Shown here: positions 21,701 through 34,054 of the stretch, one piece after another | Numbering within the stretch: the first letter of the stretch is position 1 | How the letters are laid out: each line of letters starts with the position of its first letter | Assembly (NCBI RefSeq): GCF_009914755.1 | Contig: NC_060936.1 | Origin: the human T2T-CHM13v2.0 reference genome, Homo sapiens | Length of the DNA: 64,000 nt | Strand: one strand, 5' to 3' | Made by a program: the position numbers and the translations under genes | Notes under the pieces: model-generated | The model's database searches: none | What the model was told of the DNA's origin: nothing | What the model saw: the letters and a program-made list of their open reading frames with translations, nothing else

Positions 21701-22924
21701 CGGGACGGACACGCCCTGAGCGGGGGATGCTGCGATGGAGCCGCCGGCCTCTTAAAGGAGCCCGCTGCTGCCATCCGGCGCGCTCCAGGCTCGTACCTGG
21801 CCCGCCTGGGCCCCGCGCCTCCCTGCTGGCGGTGTCCTATGGAGGTCCCACCTCAGGCCTCAGGCTGATTCCACAGGAACCCCCTATGACCCGTCTTATA
21901 GACTCCTTTCTACATCGGAGAGAGCAGCCCCTCAGTTGGGATCCCTAGCGCTCTGGCATTGCTCCCCCTATCATACCGATCTTGCCAGCTCTCCTTCCCT
22001 TGATTGTCACCACTCACTCCAATTTCACCCACTTGGAATTCACTCGGCTCTAGGCCCCATCCTCCTCCAGTGTTCCTGGATGACCCCTCATTATCATTTC
22101 AAGATTCCTCTGGACCTCCAACCCCGGCTCAGAGTAAGACATCTTTCTTGACCCCTTCTCAGAACACTCATTAGAACCTTTTTTTTTTTTAATGTGGTCT
22201 CTCCCTTTCTCTCTCCAAGGTCACAAGATTTCCCTCAGCCCAGTGGTTGTGCAACTTTGGGGGAGGAGGCAATGGGGCTCTAGGACTAAACAATGCGCGT
22301 CTGCTCAACACCCAGATCAGTTGATTAATCTTAGGCGGCCAAAATTCACTTTTGCTCTCTTCAGCTGAGAGACCCAAGACTCATGGAAGAGGGAACAAGA
22401 CCACCAAGGTGCCTAGTCCTTCTAATCCTGTCGTCCCACATTACAGCCTGATTATCAGGCCCCAGAGGTTTCCTCGCCAGTTAAAGAGAGGTTCACTAGA
22501 GCGGTTCTAAAAAGGTTTCACAAAAGAAGCAACACCTGAAGGGAGGTGAAGGACGACCTAGGAAAAGGAAGCAAGTTCTGTGTCACGGAGGCCCAAGGGC
22601 AAGGGGCTTAGGCTGTGGGTTGAGGGGACTGTCTGAGACGGACTTAAACCTGCACCAGCTCCAGAGCCCTGCGGAAACAGAGATCGGTCCCCTCCGGCGT
22701 CTAGGTAAGGCCCACCCTCCCAGACCGCAAAGAGCCAGGATCCGACGGCAGCCTCTCCGGACCAATCACAACCTTCCTTCATCAAGGAGGCGGGGTCGGG
22801 GGGGGCTGACTTTTCCTTGTCTCCGCCCCTTTAGTCGAAGTAACCAATCTCAGTGCACCTAGGGGAAGTAATCGCAATGGGAGTAACCAATGACGCCATG
22901 AAGCTTCTCGTGCGTGCTTGACCC

Positions 22925-23006
22925 TGCCTCTCCAGCTGCGACACAGATGGCGCGCGGGCTCTTGGGTTCTGTAGTTTTCTCGCGATCCAAAAGGCTCCGT
23001 GCCCAA
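22925..23006 (+). other. TARBP2: TARBP2 alternative first exon 1a (TRBP1 isoform, 345 aa from ATG 24030); start approximate
   Basis: Donor CAA|GTGAGT at 23007; known two-promoter organisation of TARBP2. Confidence 0.7.
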
Positions 23007-23413
23007 GTGAGTCCTTACCGCCTCCCTACCCAGCGGCTTCCCCTCCGCTAGTACGCATGTCCACAGCTTCACGGACCGGGAGAGAGGGGGCGCGGAAGGA
23101 AGGAGGCGGGACGGTATTACAAACAAAAAAATACGGCCTTCTCGAGAAGCGACGGCGGAGGGCCCGCTCCTCCCAGAAGGCGGTGCAGCCTGCCCGGGCG
23201 AGCCACGCACGCAGAGGGTTGTGGGGCGGATAGCTCCCCTCCAGATGGAGGCTCACGAAGTAGGGTGGGCGGGGGACTCCATATCCCAGCGTGCCCCGCG
23301 GCGGGCCCTACCGGCCGCGACTCCGGGCTTGGCCCCGGCCCTAGCTCGTCGGCTGTGTATTGGGGCGCGTGGAGGCTGCAGTCACGGTGGCGCCCGCGGG
23401 GACGGAGGAGGGA

Positions 23414-23466
23414 ATGAGTGAAGAGGAGCAAGGCTCCGGCACTACCACGGGCTGCGGGCTGCCTAG
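23414..23466 (+). CDS. TARBP2: TARBP2 exon 1b MSEEEQGSGTTTGCGLP
   Basis: ATG 23414; donor AG|GTGAG. Confidence 0.93.
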
Positions 23467-26400
23467 GTGAGCCGTCTCGTACCGATTCCTTCAGGGCGAA
23501 AAGCGTGGGGCCGTGCGGAGGGAGTAGCGGCGCGGCCCCAGCATGCACCTGGCCTGAGGGTTGTTCCCGGCAAGCACTGGGGCAGTGGGCAGTGGTTCCC
23601 GGCGTGCACCGGGGCAGTGGCTGCTGCCTCCAGCTCTAAATAGTTTGGGGTTGGCCCGGTTCCCAGACTGCACTGGAACACTGGGCTTTATGCCCCCACA
23701 TTCAGTGCATTTGGTGGGTACTGGGTTCCTGGCTTGCACTGTGTCAGGGGGTATGCACTTTCAACCTGCATTGGGGCACAGGATCGTGCCCACCTTAACT
23801 GAGGCAGGAGCAATGCATTCTTCCCCCCTTGCTTTGGGGTAGTGGGCCCTACTTTTCCAGCCTGCACCTCCACTTGGAACCCAGCCAATGGATGCTAGAC
23901 TGTCTGGGGTTCCTTGGACCCTATGTCCCCCATAATGTGCCTAGGTCTGGTATGGAAGTGCTTGGCTAGGTGGGTGCAGAGAGGGGAGGTGTGATGTGGG
24001 TCTGTGCCCCTTCCCCCAGTATAGAGCAAATGCTGGCCGCCAACCCAGGCAAGACCCCGATCAGCCTTCTGCAGGAGTATGGGACCAGAATAGGGAAGAC
24101 GCCTGTGTACGACCTTCTCAAAGCCGAGGGCCAAGCCCACCAGCCTAATTTCACCTTCCGGGTCACCGTTGGCGACACCAGCTGCACTGGTGAGGAAGGC
24201 TTGGGCAGCCTGGCTGGGGTGTGCATTTGCAGGTCCCCATGGCTTTGTTTCTTGGAGTCTCTCTCTTCACAGTCCTTTTCTCCAAGGCCAGTGAGGGAAG
24301 GAGAGATTTCAGGGGAAAAGCTACTGACTGGATTGGGAGAACAGGGCTGTAAGAAGGTGGGTAGGACGTGGGAGAGTTAGAGGAGCGAGCAGGACTCCCA
24401 CAGTGATCTGGCAGATCCCCATCACCCTAGAGGAAAAGTAAGAGAAGATAACTGAAATCCCAGTGGAGTATTTGGGGGAGTGAGTGCCTGGCGTGCTGGG
24501 CTCTGTTCCCGGTGCTTAACCAAATTCCCGTTTAATTTTAAACCTCAGTCTAACCAATGATTGTAGGTGGTAGTATCCGCCCCCCCGACTCCTCCCCCCG
24601 CCCGCCCATGTTGAATATGAGGAAACTGAGTGTTTGAGATAGTAAATGGCTGGTGCATGGTCACATGCCTAGTATGTGGCAGAGTGGGGCTTTTACTCCA
24701 GAGCCTACCCTCTCTTATTCCAGCTCTCTGTATTTATTGAGGGAAAAGAAAGTGCTTTGCAAAGGAAATTAAAGCATTTGCGCTCAGAAGTCCACCCAAG
24801 GCGTTTGAGCTCAGAAGTCCTGCTTGGCATGGCTTAATTCTGGAAGCTAACGGAAAGATAAGGGCTCTTCCTTCCAGCAATTAGTGAAACACTTCCAGTC
24901 TTCAGCAGGGGGAGGTTGGTCAGAAGGGGCTTGATTGATTCCCTCTGGCTACGAGGAGAGAGGCTGTGGGATGCTGGTTTCTTTCCCGTCCTTTCAGTGA
25001 CCTCCAGTATTGCCCATGCCCCCTCTCTCAGGTCAGGGCCCCAGCAAGAAGGCAGCCAAGCACAAGGCAGCTGAGGTGGCCCTCAAACACCTCAAAGGGG
25101 GGAGCATGCTGGAGCCGGCCCTGGAGGACAGCAGGTGAGGGAGGAACCGAGGCATCCCAGAAGCCCTTCAAGGAACCCAGGCCCTGCACCACCCACTCTG
25201 CCCCGAGGCCTGGCCAGGTGACACTTAGCCACCCTGACCTGGCCTCTTCCTGAGAGTCCCTCTGGACCTGAACAGGGTTTTCCAGGGCTTCTGCTGCTAT
25301 GAAGAATTCTTGGGGTGGAGGGGTTGGTTAGCCCCATAGAGGGGTTGTGGCAGTAGGTTGGGGCCTGGGTTAGGGAGGGAGAGGGGTAGAGGCTTGAGGC
25401 TAAAGGGAGTTACTCCCCAACATACCTCCTTGTTCTAGCAAGATGTCCTTCCTTCACGCGCAGGTTGGAGTTTGTTGCTCCTCTGGTTCTTGGGTACAAA
25501 GATACCCTCTTCTCTGAGACTCTCTTTTCTCAGTCTTTTCGCCGGTGTTTGGCAGCAAAGGATCCGAGGAGGAAGCTGTTGGTTGAGCCTCCCTGATTCT
25601 TTGGCTCAATTTGGAAGTTCTCTTAGGGGATTGGGAGGTCAGGAGGACGTGGGTCCCCCACCCCTCTCTTCCCCCTATACATGGGTGTGAATCAAAGGCC
25701 CCCTTCCCCTCGGGAAGTTCTTTTTCTCCCCTAGACTCTTCACTGCCTGAGGACATTCCGGTTTTTACTGCTGCAGCAGCTGCTACCCCAGTTCCATCTG
25801 TAGTCCTAACCAGGTATCTGTGTCCCCTGACTGCCTGAGGTGGGTGGAGGAAGGGGTTCTGGTTTTTGGTCCCTCAGTCCTTGGACCCAAGCTGGTCAGG
25901 CATGAGGAAGTCTGAGAATAAACAGAATGGAATAGTTGGGAACCAGAACTTGAAGAAATCACAGCAGCTGGTAAGCTCTTGGGACAAGAGGTCATTTGTG
26001 ATTTTCAGACAGCCTTATGAATGATGTCCGACCATGTTTAAGGGTCTTGCAGGCCCCATTTTCTTCTGGGTTGACCACATGTCAGTTCTGTGTTTGAGGC
26101 CCATCAGGCACTTCTGGGACTGGAAATACAGCTCTTCTCCCACTGTCCTGGCTTAGATGATACCCAAGTGTTCCAGAATGGAAATGGGCTGGGGCCTGGA
26201 GAAGGCCTCCCTTGAGTGGGAGGGGGAAGGAAGCCGGCTAGAGCAGGAGGAGCAGGCTAGATGTGTGGACAGACAGCTCCCCACCCGGTGGAATCGGGAG
26301 ATGGTAGTCAGGAATCTAAAGTAGTGGTTAGGTTTGGAGCTCATGGGCAGGCTCAGATGGAACCCTTCACCTCAACTTTGGCCCTGTGCCTTTTCCTTCA

Positions 26401-28153
26401 GGAGCCCCCCCATGGAACTGCAGCCCCCTGTCTCCCCTCAGCAGTCTGAGTGCAACCCCGTTGGTGCTCTGCAGGTGTGTCCCATCCTCATTTCCCATGC
26501 ATGCCTGTCTTCCCTTGAGCCAGGGGCCATGAGGGAAGGCTATGTGTGTTTGGGGGTGGGGGCGGTTCCTTGTACTGAGGCCCTTTCCACCCCCCTCTCT
26601 CCTTCCTCTCACCTAGAGTCTGAGGCTCCTGCGTGGGGACCAGCGTGGGTGTGAGAAGCCTTTTTTCACTCAGCCTCATGCACCCTGTGTCTCCCTTCCA
26701 AGGAGCTGGTGGTGCAGAAAGGCTGGCGGTTGCCGGAGTACACAGTGACCCAGGAGTCTGGGCCAGCCCACCGCAAAGAATTCACCATGACCTGTCGAGT
26801 GGAGCGTTTCATTGAGATTGGTAACTGGGCAAGAAGGGGTTCTCACAACTCCTCTCCCGCAGCACTCTGGCCCCAGCCACAAAGCAGCTCCTGGCCTCAC
26901 TCTGCTACACCCCCTGCTCTCTTAGCTTCACAGTCCCTAGCTCAGCCCCTTCCTTTTAGCTTCTTGGCACCCTATTTGTCCCCTTCTCTCTGGCTGACCA
27001 GGTTCTCACGTGCATGGGCAGGTCTTGAGTTCCCCTTTCCAGTTGACATTCTGGGGGGACCCTCAATCCAAGTATGACCTGGGTGGAAGCACTGGGTCTG
27101 TGGGGAATCATAACCCAGCAGCCCTCTCTCCACATGCAGGGAGTGGCACTTCCAAAAAATTGGCAAAGCGGAATGCGGCGGCCAAAATGCTGCTTCGAGT
27201 GCACACGGTGCCTCTGGATGCCCGGGATGGCAATGAGGTGGAGCCTGATGATGACCACTTCTCCATTGTGAGTGGCTCATGTGGGCCGGGCACCGTGGCC
27301 CATCCTCCATGCCAGGGCAGGGCTCCAGGGACTTGGGTCTGTGACTCAGCAGTGAGCCTCTCTGGGCCCTAGGTCTGCTTCTGCCACAGTTTTCCTACCA
27401 GACCCAGGGTTCCTGGGGCCGACTCAGCCTTGACTGTAGGCCCGCTCTGTAGCTCTGTTACTGGGGTGAGGAGGGATCCCTGGCCATCTGGCCCAGGGCC
27501 TGGTAGTTAGAAGGGGCCACCCAGGGATTGACTGGGGGGAGGCAAGCTGGAGGAAGCATTCTTTGTGCTTTGTTCTCCTTTGACGTTGAATGTCTCAATG
27601 CCTGGGTCCCACAGTCTCTCGCTTCATCTTTCTCACTGTTCCCATCTTGACAGGGTGTGGGCTCCCGCCTGGATGGTCTTCGAAACCGGGGCCCAGGTTG
27701 CACCTGGGATTCTCTACGAAATTCAGTAGGAGAGAAGATCCTGTCCCTCCGCAGTTGCTCCCTGGGCTCCCTGGGTGCCCTGGGCCCTGCCTGCTGCCGT
27801 GTCCTCAGTGAGCTCTCTGAGGAGCAGGCCTTTCACGTCAGCTACCTGGATATTGGTATGGCTAGCTGGGGAGCGAGCCAGGGGATGGTGGGGGCTGGAC
27901 CGGAGCAAGTAGAAGGGGGTGATGATAACGTGAACGCACCCCTCCCCAGGGCTACCTCCCCCAACATTGCCTCCCTCCTCTCTCTTGCTCTCCAGAGGAG
28001 CTGAGCCTGAGTGGACTCTGCCAGTGCCTGGTGGAACTGTCCACCCAGCCGGCCACTGTGTGTCATGGCTCTGCAACCACCAGGGAGGCAGCCCGTGGTG
28101 AGGCTGCCCGCCGTGCCCTGCAGTACCTCAAGATCATGGCAGGCAGCAAGTGA
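23414..28153 (+). CDS. TARBP2: RISC-loading complex subunit TARBP2 (TRBP2), complete spliced CDS, 366 aa, three dsRBD folds
   Basis: Exons 23414-23466, 24020-24189, 25032-25134, 25718-25813, 26402-26474, 26703-26820, 27140-27267, 27654-27855, 27996-28153 sum to 1101 nt; dsRBD motifs TPISLLQEY/GQGPSKKAAKHKAA and NPVGALQE/GSGTSKKLAKRNAA. Confidence 0.98.
24020..24189 (+). CDS. TARBP2: TARBP2 exon 2 (dsRBD1)
   Basis: IEQMLAANPGKTPISLLQEY...DTSCT. Confidence 0.96.
25032..25134 (+). CDS. TARBP2: TARBP2 exon 3
   Basis: QGPSKKAAKHKAAEVALKHL...EDS. Confidence 0.96.
25718..25813 (+). CDS. TARBP2: TARBP2 exon 4 (linker)
   Basis: SFSPLDSSLPEDIPVFTAAAAATPVPSVVLT; 96 nt, phase 2-2. Confidence 0.9.
26402..26474 (+). 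CDS. TARBP2: TARBP2 exon 5 (S142 and S152 SP sites)
   Basis: SPPMELQPPVSPQQSECNPVGALQ. Confidence 0.95.
26703..26820 (+). CDS. TARBP2: TARBP2 exon 6 (dsRBD2)
   Basis: ELVVQKGWRLPEY...ERFIEI. Confidence 0.96.
27140..27267 (+). CDS. TARBP2: TARBP2 exon 7
   Basis: SGTSKKLAKRNAAAKMLLRV...HFSI. Confidence 0.96.
27654..27855 (+). CDS. TARBP2: TARBP2 exon 8
   Basis: GVGSRLDGLRNRGPGCTWDSLRNS...YLDI. Confidence 0.96.
27996..28153 (+). CDS. TARBP2: TARBP2 exon 9 (Dicer-binding third domain), stop TGA 28151-28153
   Basis: ELSLSGLCQCLVELS...ALQYLKIMAGSK*. Confidence 0.96.
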
Positions 28154-28407
28154 AGCCCCAGCTGGACTCATGGATGTGCACCCTTTGCTCCCTGCTCTTT
28201 CTGCCTCTGGGCTCATGTATCTGCGCAGCTCTGGTACCCTCTGTGGGTGCCATCTCTACCTCTGACACAGACTGCCTGCCTTGAAGCTGAGAAGGCACAG
28301 GGCAAGGAGCCAAGGACCACAGAGCCTCAGCCAGCCCAGGATCCGTCCTCATTTTATTGGTGATGATGAATGGGAATGAAATCAGGGGGCTGTCTACTAG
28401 AGCCTGG

Positions 28408-28413
28408 AATAAA
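28408..28413 (+). terminator. TARBP2: TARBP2 poly(A) signal AATAAA
   Basis: Canonical hexamer ~255 nt after the stop, followed by T-rich sequence. Confidence 0.85.
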
Positions 28414-28709
28414 TATGCTGCTTTGTGGATTTTTAAGCCCTTCTCTTCTGTTTCCTTGAGCAGTGTGGATAGCAGAGGAGGTCACCACATTACTTTTGTG
28501 TGCCTTCCCTGAGCTCCTGTTCCAGCCATTCTCCTGTTTTCCTTTCTGGTGGGAGGAGGCTGGGCACAGTGGCCTCGTGGAATGTTGTCGGCTGCCTTGC
28601 TGGAGGGCTGGGTTTGGTGGAGGGGAAGGGCAGTGGTTCTTGCCCTTGGGCTTCCACCCAGCCCTGTAAAGTCTCACACAGACACACATGGATTCAGAAG
28701 CCAGACAAT

Positions 28710-28715
28710 TTTATT
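28710..28715 (-). terminator. NPFF: NPFF poly(A) signal AATAAA
   Basis: tttatt on + strand ~65 nt after the NPFF stop, followed by GT-rich sequence on the - strand. Confidence 0.85.
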
Positions 28716-28780
28716 TGGGGGGCAAACATTGACACTTTTGGGTGTGGACCTTGCATGCAGACATATCAAGGGATGACATG

Positions 28781-28898
28781 TCACTTCTTCCCAAAGCGTT
28801 GAGGGGCAGCCAGGCTCCAGAACTGGGAATTCAGCCCCTCTCCAGCCCGGGGACTCAGCCATTCATTCCTCCAGGATCCCTGGGTATTTCTGCCAAAC
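28781..28898 (-). CDS. NPFF: NPFF exon 3 FGRNTQ...AAPQRFGKK*
   Basis: End of ORF 28781..29206; acceptor tctttcctaag. Confidence 0.96.
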
Positions 28899-29479
28899 CT
28901 TAGGAAAGATTTGTCCTCAGGTCCCCGCAGTCTCCCTTCTCTAGCCCCCTTCCTTCTCCTCTTCCTCTGCCTCCTGCCCTTTCCACCCCCAGCCCCTGCC
29001 ATGCTTGTGTCCCTTTCAGACTCACCTCTGGGGCTGAAACAGGAAGGCTTGGCTCCGGCCAGGTCTCTCCATTGCCTGGAGCAGGTAGTGCAACAGTGAC
29101 CCAGAGGTCTGGGCATCCTGTGGTGGGAGGGGTTCGCTGTCTTCCTCCTGTGCCAAGGGGGTATCAGGGAAGGAAGATGGGCAAATACCCTGGACACGTA
29201 AGTCACAAGGGGAAGGGACTGGCTTCCAGGGGCAAGTGGTAGGAGGCTGCGGAACCATTTCCTCAGATGTGAGGACCTAATGACAACCTTGGCAGCCAGA
29301 GAAAGTATCAGAACCTAGAGCACAAGTCTCAACCGAAGTAGAGGCAATGGTGATATGGGGATGGGACACACACTCACCGCGGAGAGCTGGTCTTCCTGCT
29401 GGCCTCCTGGCCCTTCAGCACAGCCCCCGTCTATTAACAGCAGCAGCACCAGCAGTGCAGCAGCCTGCCTAGAATCCAT
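28781..29479 (-). CDS. NPFF: Pro-FMRFamide-related neuropeptide FF precursor, 113 aa (NPFF and NPAF)
   Basis: Exons 29479-29378, 29147-29026, 28898-28781 sum to 342 nt; signal peptide MDSRQAAALLVLLLLIDGGCA; FLFQPQRF-GR and AGEGLNSQFWSLAAPQRF-GKK. Confidence 0.98.
29026..29147 (-). CDS. NPFF: NPFF exon 2 EEDSEP...FLFQPQ
   Basis: Within ORF 29022..29258; AG/GTGAGT boundaries. Confidence 0.96.
29378..29479 (-). CDS. NPFF: NPFF exon 1 (signal peptide)
   Basis: ATG at 29479; donor GTGAGT at 29377. Confidence 0.95.
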
Positions 29480-29513
29480 GCTGCCACCTACCCTCCTACA
29501 GCCACCCCAACCT

Positions 29514-29519
29514 CTTATA
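29514..29519 (-). promoter_or_regulatory. NPFF: NPFF TATA-like box TATAAG
   Basis: 35-40 nt upstream of the ATG. Confidence 0.65.
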
Positions 29520-30083
29520 CCTGCTGTTCCCCCACCCCCAGCCTCACAGTAGCCTTAGGGGAATCTAGAGCAGGCAAATGGAAATGCAGGGCTCATTAGG
29601 AGCCACCTGGGATCTCCTCCCATGGCGCCCCCAGGACTTCATGCTCTCAGCCTCCTGCCCCCGGCCCCTAAGCCTGGAGTTACAGACTTTATTAGATGCA
29701 TAAATCCTGTCTCCAGAGCTCAAGAAGCATCATTAGTTGCAGACGCTTTGTCAGAGCCAGGCCCTGGGGAGCCTTAGACGAACCCCTAATCCCTCAACAG
29801 GTTGGAGAGCTTGTTTATCACTTCCCCTCTTTCCTAACCTGTAGACTAAAGCACAAGAAACTCATGTCAGGAGGGGTTAAGTAGGATGTCCTGGAGTGGA
29901 AGAGGAGTGGGAAGAGCCAGGGTCAGAGTCTGTGAGGATGACCAGGCCTGGTCCTCTGTGCCTGGGGCTGGCAGTCAGGGCAACACAGCCCATCCTCTGC
30001 TTGTGTGCCTCTTGGAGGCTACTCAGATTTGCCTGTGGATAGAAAAAATATATTCAACTTCATGATGATGGAGAGAATTTAAC

Positions 30084-30746
<663 letters not shown>

Positions 30747-31508
30747 TCACAGCTCCTCATTGCCAGCTCCGGCCATTTCCTTTTCCTAGAATAGACCTCT
30801 GCAGAGGAAGTGAGGAGGGTGAGGCTGAGTGGAGGTGCTAGGGTCCAGTCTCCAGGGAGTCCCAGAAGGACAGGAGCAGGCTACTGTGGGGCTGGACTAT
30901 CATTCTGACCCCGACTCTGGTCTCCACAGCCTCTGCCTGGCCCTGGCTCTCATATAGAGTAGCCTAGAATCCTGTCTTAAGAAAAATCAGAATCACTAAT
31001 CCTCAGGGAGAGGCCTTCAAAGCCATATGGTGCAGGTTCCTTCTAATCCTCGAGTCCCTTTTGGAGCATCCCCACCAGTGTGGGTCTCTAGCTTGTGCTG
31101 AGGAAGAGCCATGACGTAAAGGCCTTGGCCTCTGCTTGAGCAAGCTGTCTCCCGCTCTGAGCTTCAGTTTCCTCACCTGAAACATGGGCCCATTTTACAA
31201 GGAACGCCTTCCTAGGGTGTGCATTACTTAACATACTTTTTGTAATCCATTCAATAAAACAGCTTGCATAGAACAGGTATCCTCAAAACGTTAGCTGTGA
31301 TTGCCTCATGTGCCCCAGTCGGGGAACTTACCATCTCCTCAGACAGTCTTCGGACATATTTATCCTTGTGCCGAGGGGGCTTTGGGCTTCCTGTGACTTC
31401 TACTCGGGGTCTTAGTTTGCTCCATTAAGTCTCAACAGAACATCTCATCTCTTTCATGTGTAAAAGCTCTTCATATTTTTGAAGAGAGAGTTCATTCTTA
31501 CACTCCAG

Positions 31509-33553
<2,045 letters not shown>

Positions 33554-34054
33554 TTTTCTTACCTGCTTCTAAGTAAACTCTACCCCTCATTTCCAGACCA
33601 GCCTCCTCCTTACCATAGAAAGCTATACTTTCCGTCTTTGTCTGTGTGTGTGCTCCCTGGTCACAACAGCCACTTTTTAATGGTTGGGTGGGGGTTGGCA
33701 ACAAAACACTGAAAAGTAAAAGGCCATTTGCCATCAGCAACTCTCCCACCCGCCATCCACATAAAGCACATACTAAGTTTCCTGTGAGTACTTGCTGCCA
33801 GGATGCCAAGGGCCCTTGTCTCCAAGGCAGTCCACAGGAGCTCTGCCCTGGGCCTTCTGTCATACTTTGTAATTTATAGAAATCATCCACTTTCTCTAGG
33901 CTGTATCTCCCATGTATAAAAACTAGAGACAAAAATCCCTGTTCCTTCTGTCCTAAGAAATGGGGGAGTGATGAAGATGACAGACATGAAAGGCCAGTGA
34001 CCTCCCAGAAAAGGGGACAATGGGGGCTGTGGATAGAGGAGTGAAGCATCAGAC

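Larger units (their letters stand above)
22700..23600 (+). promoter_or_regulatory. TARBP2: TARBP2 CpG-island promoter, divergent from MAP3K12
   Basis: CCAAT boxes 22762, 22844, 22887; GC boxes; YY1-like CAGATGGCG 22944-22952; ZNF143-like ACTACAnnnCCCA on - strand ~22963-22975; TCTCGCGA 22978-22985. Confidence 0.8.

Noticed and set aside
20967-21868. 250-aa and 299-aa + strand ORFs
   Set aside because: Start at GTG inside the (TG)n repeat and run through a stop-poor CpG island; low-complexity products with no recognisable domain
22700-22710. Consensus donor AG|GTAAGG upstream of TARBP2 exon 1a
   Set aside because: No supporting exon start identifiable from sequence; may be chance
28781-29206. 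141-aa ORF ending in the NPAF peptide
   Set aside because: Only its last 39 codons are real (exon 3); the rest is intron 2 and off-frame exon 2 with a non-ATG start
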